From Mobula hypostoma (lineage: Eukaryota), in the NCBI RefSeq assembly GCF_963921235.1, contig NC_086097.1, positions 167,464,001 through 167,528,000 on the forward strand: DNA of 64,000 nucleotides, read 5' to 3'. The notes under the pieces are model-generated. The model saw nothing but the letters and a program-made list of their open reading frames with translations. It did not search any database and was not told where the DNA came from. Position numbers and translations under genes: made by a program. This document shows positions 1-10,050 of this stretch, one piece after another; position 1 is the stretch's first letter; each line of letters starts with the position of its first letter.

Positions 1-192
1 TGTAGCCCATCCACTTCAAGGTTTGACATGTTGTACGTTCAGAGATACTCTTCTGCACACCACTGTTGTAATGCATGGTTATTTGAGTTACTGTAACCTT
101 CTTATCAGCTTGAACTAGTCTGGCCATTTTCCTCTGACCTCTCTCATCAACAAAGTATTATCACCCACAGAACTGTTTCACAGGAAACAGTT

Positions 193-1238
193 ATAGTCAT
201 AGAGTCATAGAGAAGTACAGCACAGAAACAGGCCCTTTGGCCTTTCTGAAATCATTTAAACACTCTACACCCATCGACCTGCACTGGGATAATCGCCTTC
301 CATACTCCTACTATTCACTTACCTAACCAAACTTCCCTTCAACATCAAAATCGAGCTCACAGGCACTACTAGTGCTGGCAGCTCATTCCACACTCTCGTG
401 ATCCTCTGAGTAAGAAGTTTCCCTTCATGTTCTCCTTAAACTTCTCACCTGACACCTGTAACCCATGACCTGCTTGCATTTCCCTATCTATAGCCCTCAT
501 AATTTTGTATACCTCTATCAAATCTTCTCTCAGTCTTCTATATTCTAAAGAATACAGTCATAACCTATTCAAACTTTTCTTATAACTCAGAGTTAGCCAC
601 ATCCTACCCAGTTTCATTCCCTTATAGCAGATCCAGTATTGCACGCTCTCTCATTTTGACTTCTACTTTCCTGCACATATTTGACAAACTCTATCCCATC
701 TAGTCTATCCCATACTTTTACAGTATGGAAGTCCCAGTCAATATGTGAAAAGTTAAAATTATCTACTATAACAATATTATCTTTCTTGCAATAATTTGCG
801 ATCTCTTTACAAATTTGTTCTTCTAAATCCCTACGACTGTTGGGTGGTCTGTAATACAGCTGCCTTAACATGGTCATACCTTTCTTATTTCTCAGTTCCA
901 CCCATAACACCTCGCTACTCGACTTCTCCCGTCCATCCGAATGGATCACTGCCGTGATATTTTCCATGACTGGTAATACCATCCCTCCCGCTCTGTCACA
1001 TCTAAAACAACAGAAACCCAGAATACTGAGCTGCCAGTCCTGCCCCTCCTGCAACCAATCTGTCTTTCCCATGATACTTTTTGCGTTGAAATATATGCAG
1101 CTCAGGACAGTAGTCGCACCAAGCTCAACCTTTTGATTCTTGACTTTGTCTGAGGTCTTGCCAACATATGCCTCCACAACCTCTCCACTACCTGTTCTGG
1201 TACTCTGATTCCCATCCCCCTGCAACTCTAGTTTAAAT
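193..1238 (-). mobile_element. Internally deleted CR1-type LINE (APE endonuclease region joined directly to the ORF2 3' end)
   Basis: ORF 614-1225 has CR1 APE motifs (CIYFNAKS, WVELRNKKG, YYRPPN, DNFNF). (CTATGACT)n-type tail at ~193-212; junction near 590. Confidence 0.8.
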
Positions 1239-1329
1239 CTAGGATGTTTTTATTGGGTTTTTTTTTTGCATTATTCTCTGTAAACCCTAGAGACAGTACT
1301 GAAAATGCCAAGAAACCAGCAGTTTCTGA

Positions 1330-1790
1330 AGAGGACGGCAGCAGTAATAGTGGACTGTTTAGTTAGCAGGACAGATAGGCGAATCTGTGGGTGTGAAAAA
1401 GGAAGAAGGATAGTAGTTTGCCTCCCAGGTGCCAGGGTTTGTGATGTTTCTGAATACATCCACAATATCCTGAAGTGGGAGGGTGAGTAGACAGAGGTCG
1501 TGATACATAGTAGTACCAACGACATCGGTAGAAAAAGAGAAGAGGACCTAAAAGCAGAAAACAGGGAATTAGGAAAGAAGCTGAGAAGCAGAACCTCAAG
1601 GGCAGTAATCTCGGGATTGCTGCTTGTGCCACACAACAGTGAGTACAGGAATAGAATGAGATGGTGGATAAATGTGTGGCTGAAGGATTGGAGCAGGGGG
1701 CAGGGAATCAGATTTCTGGATCATTGGTACCTTTTCTGGGGCAAGTGTGACCTATACAAAAAGGACACTTGGACCTGATGGGGACCAATA
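1330..1790 (+). pseudogene. CR1 ORF1 SGNH/GDSL-like esterase domain remnant
   Basis: VVCLPGARVCDV, IHSSTNDIG, VISGLL and FLDHW motifs typical of CR1 ORF1 esterases; in-frame stops present. Confidence 0.75.
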
Positions 1791-2504
1791 TTCTTGCGGG
1801 GATGTTTGCTAATGCTATTGGGGGGGGTTTAATTTAGATTTGCGGGGGCGGGGAAACTGAAGTGAAGAGGCAGAGGATGGGGCAGTTGGCTTACAAGTAG
1901 GGACAGCTGGCAGGGAGTTTGTGAGGAAGGATAGGCAGATGATAGAGCAAAGATACACTCTGCTTGATGGTTTGAGTTGTGTCTATTTTAATGGAGGGAG
2001 TATCACAAACAAGGCAGATGAACTTAGAGCGTGGATCAATGAGTGGAACTATGACCTTGTGGCCATTACAGAGACTTGGATGTCTCAGGGACAGTAATGG
2101 CTGCTGAGTGTGCCAGATTTTAGATGCTTCAGAAAGGACAGGGAGGGAGGCAACAGAGTTGGGGGCATGGCATTGCTAATCAAGAAGACTGTCACGGCTG
2201 CAAAAAAGGAGGAAGTCATGGAGGGAATATCAGTGTGGGTGGAACTCAGAAACAGGAAGAGGGCAATAACTCTACTGGGTGTTTTTTATAGATCCCCCAA
2301 TAGTAACAAGACATTGGGGAGCAGATAGGGAGACAGATTCTGGAACAGTGCAATAATAATAGGGTTGTTGTGATGGGAGATTTTAACTTTCCTAATATTA
2401 ACTGGCATCTCCTTAGAGCAAGGGTTTTAGATGGGGTGGAGTTTGTTAGGTGTGTTCAGGAAGGTTTTCTGACACAATATGTAGACAAGCTAACTAGAGG
2501 AGAG

Positions 2505-2606
2505 CAACATTCACAACACGCTGGAGGAACTCGGCAGGTCAGGCAGCATCCGTGGAGAAGATCGGTCGACATTTCAGGCCGGAACCCTTCGTCAGGACTC
2601 AACTGG
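2505..2606 (-). mobile_element. 102-bp PLE-derived mini-element carrying a hammerhead motif
   Basis: 13-bp TSD AACTAGAGGAGAG (2492-2504, 2607-2619). Minus strand reads AGTC-CTGACGA-agggttccggcct-GAAA-tg-TC-GAC. Confidence 0.85.
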
Positions 2607-2664
2607 AACTAGAGGAGAGGCTGTGCTTGATCTGGTATTGGGAAATGAACCAGGTCAGGCATCA

Positions 2665-2770
2665 AAAACAACAGGAATTCTGCAGGTGCTGGAAATTCAA
2701 GCAACATACATCAAAGTTGCTGGTGAATGCAGCAGGCCAAGCAGCATCTTTAGGAAGAGGTGACAGTTCT
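2665..2770 (-). mobile_element. 106-bp PLE pLTR 3'-tail insertion
   Basis: 12-bp TSD GGTCAGGCATCA (2653-2664, 2771-2782). Sequence matches the reverse complement of ~38110-38207. Confidence 0.85.
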
Positions 2771-3705
2771 GGTCAGGCATCAGATCTCTTGATGGAAGAG
2801 CATTTTGGAGGTAGTGATCATAACCCCATCTCCTTTGGCACAGTGCCGGAGAGGGATAGGAGCAGACAATTTAGGAAAACATTTAATTAGGGTAGGGGGA
2901 AATATGATGCTATTAGGCAGGAACTTGGGAGCATAAATTGGGTGCAGATGTTCTCAGGGAAATGCGCAGCAGAAATGTAGCAAACTTTCAGGGAATATTT
3001 GCATGGCGTTTTGCATAGGTATGTTCCATTGAGGCACGGAAAAAATGGCAGGGTAAAAGAACCATGCTGTACAAGGATGTGGAAAATCTAGTTAAAAAGA
3101 AAAGAACAAAAGGTTCAAGAAATTAGTTCATTACAAGTTTGCCAGGAATGAGCTTAAGAATGAAATTAGGAGAGCTAGAAGGAGACAAGAGAAGGCCTTG
3201 GCAAGCAGGATTAAGGAAAACTCCAAGGCATTTTACAAATATGTGAAGAGCAAGAGGATGAGCTGTGCAAGAATAGGACCAATCAGGTGTGATAGTGAAA
3301 ATGTGTGCATTGAGTCAGAGGAGGTAGCGGAGGTACTTAATGAATACTTTACTTCAGTATTCACCAGGGAAAAGGACCTTGGCAGTTGTGGAGATGACTT
3401 ACAGCGGACTGAAACACCTGAGCTGGAGCTTTTGAAAATCATTAAGTTAGATTAGTCACTGGGACTGGATGGGATGTACCCCAGGCTATTGTGGGAAGCG
3501 AGGGAGGAAATTGCTGAGCCTCTGGCAGTGATCTTTGCATCGTCAATAGGAATGGGAGGCGTACCAGAGGATTGGAGGGTTGCAAATATTTTTCCCTTGT
3601 TCAAGAAAGGGTGTAGCGATTACCCAGGAAATTATAGACCAGTGAGTCTGACCAGTGGTGGGCAAGTTGTTGGAGAAGATCCTGAGAGATTGGATTTAAG
3701 AGCAT

Positions 3706-5481
3706 TTGGAGAGACATAATCTGATTAAGCATAGTCAACTTGGCTCTGTCAAGGGCAGGTCGTGCTTTACAAGCCTGATTGAAATCTTTGAGGATATAAC
3801 AAAACACATTGATGAAGGTAGAGCAGCAGACAAATTTAATAAGTACTTTGGTTCTGTCTTCACTAGGGAAGACACAAGCAATCTCCCAGATGTATGGATG
3901 GGCCAAGGACATAGGGTAACAGAGGAACTGAAATGGATTGACATTAGGAAGGAAACGGTGATGAGTAGACTGATGGGACTGAAGGCTAACAAATCCCCAG
4001 GTTCAGATGGTCTGCATCCTAGGGTACTAAAGGAGGTGGCTCTGGAAATTGTGGATGCATTGGTGATCATTTTCCAATGTTCCTTAGATTCAGGATCAGT
4101 TCCTGAGGATTGGCGAATGGCTAATGTTATCCCACTTTTTAAGAAAGGAGGGAGGGAGAAAACAGAGAACTATCACCCTGTTAGCCTAACATCAGTAGTG
4201 GGGAAGATGCTAGAGTCCATTATTAAAGATGAAATAGCGGCATATCTTGATAGCAGTGATAGGATTGGGCCGAGCCAGCATGGATTTACCAAGGGCAAAT
4301 CATGCTTGACTAATCTATTGGAGTTTTTCGAGGATGTAACCAGGAAGATAGACACGGGAGATCCAGTGGATGTGGTGTACCTTGACTTTCAGAAGGCATT
4401 TGATAAGGTACCACATAGGAGATTGGTGGGTAAAATCAGAGTTCATGGCATTGGGGGGAGGATATTGACATGGATAGAAAACTGGTTGGCAGATAGCAAG
4501 CAAAGGGTAGCAGTGAATGGGTGTTTCTCAGAATGGCAGGTGGTGACTAGTGGGGTGCCACAGGGCTCGGTATTGGGACCACAGCTGTTTACGATTTACA
4601 TCAATGATTTAGAGGAAGGCATTGTGAATAACATCAGCAAGTTTGCTGATGATACTAAACTGGGTGGCAGTGTGACATGTGATGAGGATGTTAGGAGAAT
4701 TCAAGGTGACTTGGATAGGCTGGGTGAGTGGGCAGAAACTTGGCAGATGGCGTTTAATGTGAATAAGTGTGAGGTTATTCACTTTGGGAGCAAGAACAGG
4801 AAGGCAGATTATTATCTGAACGGTGTGGAGTTAGGTAAGGGAGAAATACAAAGAGATCTAGGAGTACTTGTTCATCAGTCTCTGAAGGTGAATGAGCAAG
4901 TGCAGCAGGCAGTGAAGAAGGCTAATGAAATGTTGGCCTTTATTACAAAGGGAATGGAGTACAAGAGCAAGGAAATTCTTCTGCATTTGTACAGGGCCCT
5001 GGTGAGACCACACCTGGAGTATTGTGTGCAGTTTTGGTCTCCAGGGTTAAGGAAGGACATCCTGGCTGTGGAGGAGGTGCAGCGTAGGTTCACTAGGGTA
5101 GTTCCTGGGATGTCCGGACTGTCTTACGCAGAAAGGTTAGAGAGACTGGGCTTGTACACGCTGGAATTCAGGAGATTGAGGGGGGATCTGATTGAGACAT
5201 ATAAGATTATTAAGGGATTGGACAAGATAGAGGCAGGAAATATGTTCCAGATGCTGGGAGAGCCCAGTACCAGAGGGCATGGTTTAAGAATAAGGGGTAG
5301 GTCACTTAGGACAGAGTTGAGGAGGAACTTCTTCTCCCAGAGAGTTGTGGAGGTGTGGAATGCGCTGCCTCAGAAGGCAGTGGAGGCCAATTCTCTGGAT
5401 GCTTTCAAGAAGGAGCTAGATAGGTATCTTATGGATAGGGGAATCAAGGGTTATGGGGACAAGGCAGGAACCGGGTATTGA
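3706..5481 (+). CDS. CR1 ORF2 reverse transcriptase frame (591 aa; first ~42 aa from copy A, the rest from copy B)
   Basis: KSPGSDG, YLDFQKAFDKV, GVPQGSVLGP, FADDTK, VRPHLEYCVQFW motifs. No APE domain, so it is not autonomous. Confidence 0.8.
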   Translation: MERHNLIKHSQLGSVKGRSCFTSLIEIFEDITKHIDEGRAADKFNKYFGSVFTREDTSNLPDVWMGQGHRVTEELKWIDIRKETVMSRLMGLKANKSPGSDGLHPRVLKEVALEIVDALVIIFQCSLDSGSVPEDWRMANVIPLFKKGGREKTENYHPVSLTSVVGKMLESIIKDEIAAYLDSSDRIGPSQHGFTKGKSCLTNLLEFFEDVTRKIDTGDPVDVVYLDFQKAFDKVPHRRLVGKIRVHGIGGRILTWIENWLADSKQRVAVNGCFSEWQVVTSGVPQGSVLGPQLFTIYINDLEEGIVNNISKFADDTKLGGSVTCDEDVRRIQGDLDRLGEWAETWQMAFNVNKCEVIHFGSKNRKADYYLNGVELGKGEIQRDLGVLVHQSLKVNEQVQQAVKKANEMLAFITKGMEYKSKEILLHLYRALVRPHLEYCVQFWSPGLRKDILAVEEVQRRFTRVVPGMSGLSYAERLERLGLYTLEFRRLRGDLIETYKIIKGLDKIEAGNMFQMLGEPSTRGHGLRIRGRSLRTELRRNFFSQRVVEVWNALPQKAVEANSLDAFKKELDRYLMDRGIKGYGDKAGTGY

Positions 5482-5563
5482 TAGTAAATGATCAGCCATG
5501 ATCTCAGAATGGTGGTGCAGGCTCGAAGGGCTGAATAGTCTACTTCTGCACCTGTTGTCTATT
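3833..5563 (+). mobile_element. Young 5'-truncated CR1-type LINE (copy B) nested in copy A
   Basis: Uninterrupted RT frame to the stop at 5481, then a 3' UTR. GACA occurs at both junctions (3829-3832, 5564-5567). The host RT motif EGRAAD|IVY|MDFSKAF resumes after it. Confidence 0.88.
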
Positions 5564-5574
5564 GACATAGTGTA

Positions 5575-7159
5575 CAGGTTTCCCCCGCCATCCGAAGGTA
5601 GAGCATTCCTATGAAACGGTTTGTAAACCGAAATGTCGTAAAGCGAAGAAGCAATTACCATTTATTTATATGGGAAAATTTTGTGAGCGTTCGCAGGCCC
5701 AAAAATAACCTAACAAATCATGCCAAATAACATTTAAAACCTAAAATAACAGTAACATATAGTAAAAGCAGGAATGATATGGTAAATACACAGCCCATAT
5801 AAAGTAGAAATACTTCCCTACAACGATTGCCTGCACAGATCTCCGTAGCGAAAATCTCACACAAGCGCTGTTGGCATAAACGTGCTCTCCAGTAACCTTT
5901 AGGCTATGAAGCTGCCAAATCTACCAAATAACACGTAAAAATACATGGCCTATATAAAGTAGAAATAATGTATGTACAGTGTAGTATCACTTACCGGAAT
6001 TGGGAAAACAACGCCGAGCACACTGATGATGGTGTGTTAGACTGAGTCGTCGCAGGCTGGGTGGTGCAGTGGCCCCCACCCTCATGGCCGCCGACCCGAT
6101 ATATTGCCGCGAAGAACGCAGCGGTAACCAGGAGGCACACAGCACATCGTTAAGAAAAAAGCTGAAATAAACATGCTAATTAATTAGGTGCTGCCCGGCA
6201 CGTAAATGTCAGAGCTGATCAGAGGCGATTGCCGATTGCACCGCCTCTGATCTGGGCCGACAATTACATGCTAGGCGGCACCTAATTAATTAGCATGTTT
6301 ATTTCGGTTTTTTTCCTAAAGATGTGCTGTGTGCCTCCCGGATACCGCTGCGTTCTTCGAGAATCGGTACAGTATCTGTCCGGGTCCCGGGTGTTGGGGT
6401 GGTGGGACACGGGGGTGTCATCTCATCATCGATCAGGGCAGGCAGCTCATCTTCTCCTATGACTGCCTGCCTCGATGTCAAAGGTCGAGGTTCGTCGTCT
6501 GTGTGGCTGATGTGGAAGGTTTGCTTGACTGCTGAGCCTCACACATTTTTCTATCATACAGTTGTTTGTAAGCACTCAAACCATCCTGCAAATATCCCCT
6601 AAACCTACGTACGCTTTCAAAATTAAAGTCGTACTTTATCATTGCAGCGAAAATCTCACGCAGTTGCTTCACTTTCTGCATTCAGTTTCGATTGTTATCC
6701 TTTCCTCTTCCAATTGCATCAGCTCTTCATCTATCAGTTCTTGGTCATGGGATACCAAAACCTTTTCAACATCATCTTCCTCAACTTCCACAAGCCAAAC
6801 TCACTTTGTCCTTGCTTCGTTCACCACGATTGAAACGGTTAATTATGTCTAGTTTTAGGCTAAGTGTAACACCCTTGCTCTTTCAGGCTTTTCCGACACC
6901 TTAGAACTTATCTTGCTAACGGCTGCTCAATGCAATGTGTTAAAGCAATGCCGTTCCAAAACCGGGAGAGAGCGGCTGCTCGGGGCACGCGCTGCTTTTT
7001 ATCGCGCGCTGATTTTTTCGCGTGCTGATTTTTTATCGCACGCTGCTTTTTTTCGTAACAATGAAAACACCTTCTGAAAGCGAAAACAGGGTACTAATGT
7101 AGGTCTTTCGTAACAGTGAGGTTTCGTAAAGCGAACGTTCGAAAAGCGGGGGACACCTG
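5575..7159 (-). mobile_element. Non-autonomous Tigger/pogo-type DNA transposon
   Basis: TA TSD (5573-5574, 7160-7161). Imperfect TIRs CAGGTTTCCCCCGC / CAGGTGTCCCCCGC. Transposase C-terminal remnant on the minus strand at ~6480-6830 (EDDVEKVLVSHDQELIDEELMQLE...YDFNFES...YKQLYDRK). Confidence 0.85.
6108..6360. repeat. Long imperfect palindrome inside the Tigger element
   Basis: The left arm CGAAGAACGCAGCGGT...AAACATGCTAATTAATTAGGTGC...GATCAGAGGCG is mirrored by CGCCTCTGATC...GCACCTAATTAATTAGCATGTTT...ACCGCTGCGTTCTTCG; centre ~6234. Confidence 0.9.
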
Positions 7160-8849
7160 TATATGGATTTCAGTAAGGCATTTGATAAGGTTCCCCATGC
7201 GAGGCTCATTCAGAAAGTAGTGAGGCATGGAATCCAAGGAGACCTTGCTTTGTGGATCCAGAACTGGCTTGTCCACATAAGGGAGAGTGTGGTTGTAGAT
7301 GGTTTGTATTCTACATAGAGGCCGGTGACCAGTGGTGTTCCACAGGGATCAGTTCTGGGACCCCTCCTCTTTTATAAGTGACCTGGATGAAGAAGTAGAA
7401 GGACGGGTTAGTAAGTTTGTTGATGACACATAGGTTGGGATGTTGTGGATAATCAGGAGGGTTATCAGAGGTTACAGCGGGACATTGATAGGATGCAAAA
7501 CTGGGCTGAGAAGTGGCAGATGGAGTTCAACACAGATAAATGTGAAGTGGTTTATTTTGGTAGATCAAATTTGAAGACAGTATTTAGTGTTAACGGGAAG
7601 ACTCTTGGCAGTGTGGAAGACCAGAGAGATCTTGGGATCAGTGTCAATAGGACACGCAAAGCTGCTATGCAGGTTAACAGAATTGTTAAGAAGGCATATG
7701 ATGTTTTGGCCTTCATCAACCGTGTAATTCAGTTCAAGAGTTCAAGTAATGTTACAGCTATTTAAGACCTTGGTCAGACCCCACTTAGAGTACTATGTTC
7801 AGTTCTGGTCACCTCACTACAGGAAGATTGTGGATACTATAGAAAAAATGCAGAGGAGATTTACAATGATGTTGCCTGGATTGAAGGGTGCACCTTATGA
7901 GAATAAGTTGAGTGAACTTGGCTTTTTATCTTCGGAGCAATGGAGGATGAGAGATGACCTGATAGTGGTATATAAGATGATGAGAGGCATTGTTCGTGTG
8001 GACAGCCAGAGACACTTTCCCCAGGGCTGAAATGGATAGCACAAGGGGGCATGGTTTTAAGGTGCTTGGAAGTAGGTACAGAGGGGAGGTTAGGGGTAAG
8101 TTTTCCATGAAGAGAGTGGTGGGTGCGTGGAATGCACTGCAGATGCCGATGGTGGAGGCGGATACAATAGGGTCTTTTAAGAGACTCCTGGATAGCTAAA
8201 ATAGAGGACTATGCAGTGGGGCAATTCTAGGCAGGTTCTAGAGTAGGTTACATGGTCAGCACAATATTGTGGGCCAAAGGGCCTGTAATATGCTGTAGAT
8301 TTCTATGTTCTCTGTTCTACTTTCTATGTTCTGAGATACGCAAACCACGCCACCTAGCACCAACAATCATTCAACAGTCAAAGTCATTATGATCACATTT
8401 TTTCTCCATTCTATGTTTCGTCTGAACAATAATGAACCTCTTGAACATGACTGCATGCTCTTATACATTGAGTTGCTGCCACATGATTGGTTGATTAGAT
8501 ATTTGCATTAACAAGCAGGCGTACAGGTGTACCTAAAAAAGTGGCCACTGTGTGTATGGTACAAAGAATAATTTAAATTGTTCCTACTACTTACACAAGC
8601 AGGCGATTAAAAAATTCACAAAAATGTCTTAGTTTCAATCTGTGCAGAACTCTTTTGCTTACACTTAACCATAAAATCATAAACATATTACAGCATTGAA
8701 AGAGATCAAAGAGCCATTGGATACAGGCCAGATGCCTGGAGACAAAATTATTCCGTTCCATTTCCTCACTATTTCTTGCAGTCCTGGAAGTTAATTTCCC
8801 TCCAATTTCCTTCAATTCCCTCTTAAAAGTATTCATTGGCTCTACAGAG

Positions 8850-9135
8850 AGCTAATACCTCACAGATTTTGTAACCTGGGTTCAATCGACCTCCAATGCT
8901 GAATGAATGGAGTTTGCATATTCTTTCGTGGTTGCTTCCTCCAGGTGTTCTTGTTTCTTACCAGAACCCAAAGATATGTTGACATCTCAGTTAGAAACGT
9001 CAGTACAGGTGAAAGGTCTCAATCTGAAATATCAGTTGTCTATTTCCCTCCATTGGTGATTGATGATGGTGACCCTTTGTGTTCCCTCTAGTTTTTTGCT
9101 TGTTGGTTGGTAGGTTGATTAGTTACCATAAATTT
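8850..9135 (+). mobile_element. Degenerate V-SINE (HE1-like) interrupted by an HHR mini-element (~9000-9100)
   Basis: B-box-like GGTTCAATC and a V-domain-like GGAGTTTGCATATTCT...TCCAGGTGTTCTTGTTTC...CCAAAGA stretch. Confidence 0.55.
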
Positions 9136-9292
9136 GAGTTAGCATAATAAACAAGGAAAAATGCACTTCAACATATCAGGCACCCATGATACGATCCCTA
9201 CAGTAATTCCATGATATTCTTCTGGAACTCCCGTCATTTTCCCAAGGTTCAATCACTCAGACGCCTCTTTGGGGAAATTTACAGTGGCTATT

Positions 9293-9645
9293 GCTCACAA
9301 AATGCTGGAGGAATTTGAGGGGTCAGGCACTATCAATGAAGGGAAATAAACAATCAATATTTCAGGCCAAGACCCTTCATTAGAACTGGAAAAGGGAGAG
9401 GGACAGAAACCAAAACATGAAGGTGGGTGATGGGAAGGAGTTCCAGTTGTCAGGTGATAGGTGAGACTGGGGGATAGTGGAAGATGTAAAGGGTTAATAG
9501 GGAAATAATCTGATAGAAGAGGACAATGGAGCATGGAATATTGGGAAGGAGATGCGTAACTTGAGAAAGATGCAGAACAAGTCATAAGAGCAGAGGGCAG
9601 CGGCCAAAAATGAGGGAAAACAAAAGGGGGGATTGGAAAACAGAG
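9293..9645 (-). mobile_element. Older PLE pLTR fragment with a degenerate HHR
   Basis: AAAATGCTGGAGGAA...TTTCAGGCCAAGACCCTTCATTAGAACTG followed by a purine-rich tract, as in 33400-33780. Confidence 0.7.
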
Positions 9646-9649
9646 TAAA

Positions 9650-10050
9650 GTCTCAGTGAGTACAGGCTCAGAGCCATAAAATGCTCCTTAAACTCTTTCA
9701 TTTCTAGGATCATTTTCATAAAACTCCTCTGGACCCTCTCAAACTCCAGTACATGCTTCCTTAGGTACTGCATATGGCCAAAAAACTGCTTACAATATCA
9801 AAATAGGGTACCTAACAAAGCCTCAGCATTACATCCTTGGTTTTATATTCTACTGTTGTCAAAATTAATGCTAACATTGAATTTGCTTACCTCACCATTG
9901 ACTCAACCTTCAAGTTAACCATTAGGGGATGCCACACTTTGTCTCCCAAGTCCCTTTGCACCTCCAGTTTCTGAAATCTCTCCCCTCTTAGAAAATGCCT
10001 ATATTCCTTCTACCAAACTGAATGACCATACGCTACTCTATTCTGCATTC
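9650..10050 (-). mobile_element. Degenerate CR1 RT/C-terminal fragment
   Basis: LRKHVLEFERVQRSFMKMI resembles CR1 RKDI.ALERVQRRFTRM. Confidence 0.65.

Larger units (their letters stand above)
1330..8330 (+). mobile_element. Long degenerate CR1-type LINE (copy A): ORF1 esterase part plus ORF2 APE-RT, interrupted by four insertions
   Basis: ORF1 motifs at 1330-1780; APE at ~1970-2830; RT pieces at 3474-3832 and 7162-8200; (TTCTATG)n tail at ~8300-8330; TTCTGA at both junctions (1324-1329, 8329-8334). Confidence 0.9.
1..8554 (-). mobile_element. Non-autonomous Tc1-like element split into three pieces (1-~185, ~1240-1329, ~8335-8554) by nested insertions
   Basis: The three pieces are collinear with the reverse complement of the copy at 62010-62548. 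The TIR end GGTGTACCTAAAAAAGTGGCCACTGTGTG is followed by TA (8555-8556). The other end lies left of the window. Confidence 0.85.

Noticed and set aside
3706..5481. Domesticated RT gene or autonomous LINE
   Set aside because: It is a chimeric, 5'-truncated copy with no endonuclease, and its first codon is TTG rather than ATG.
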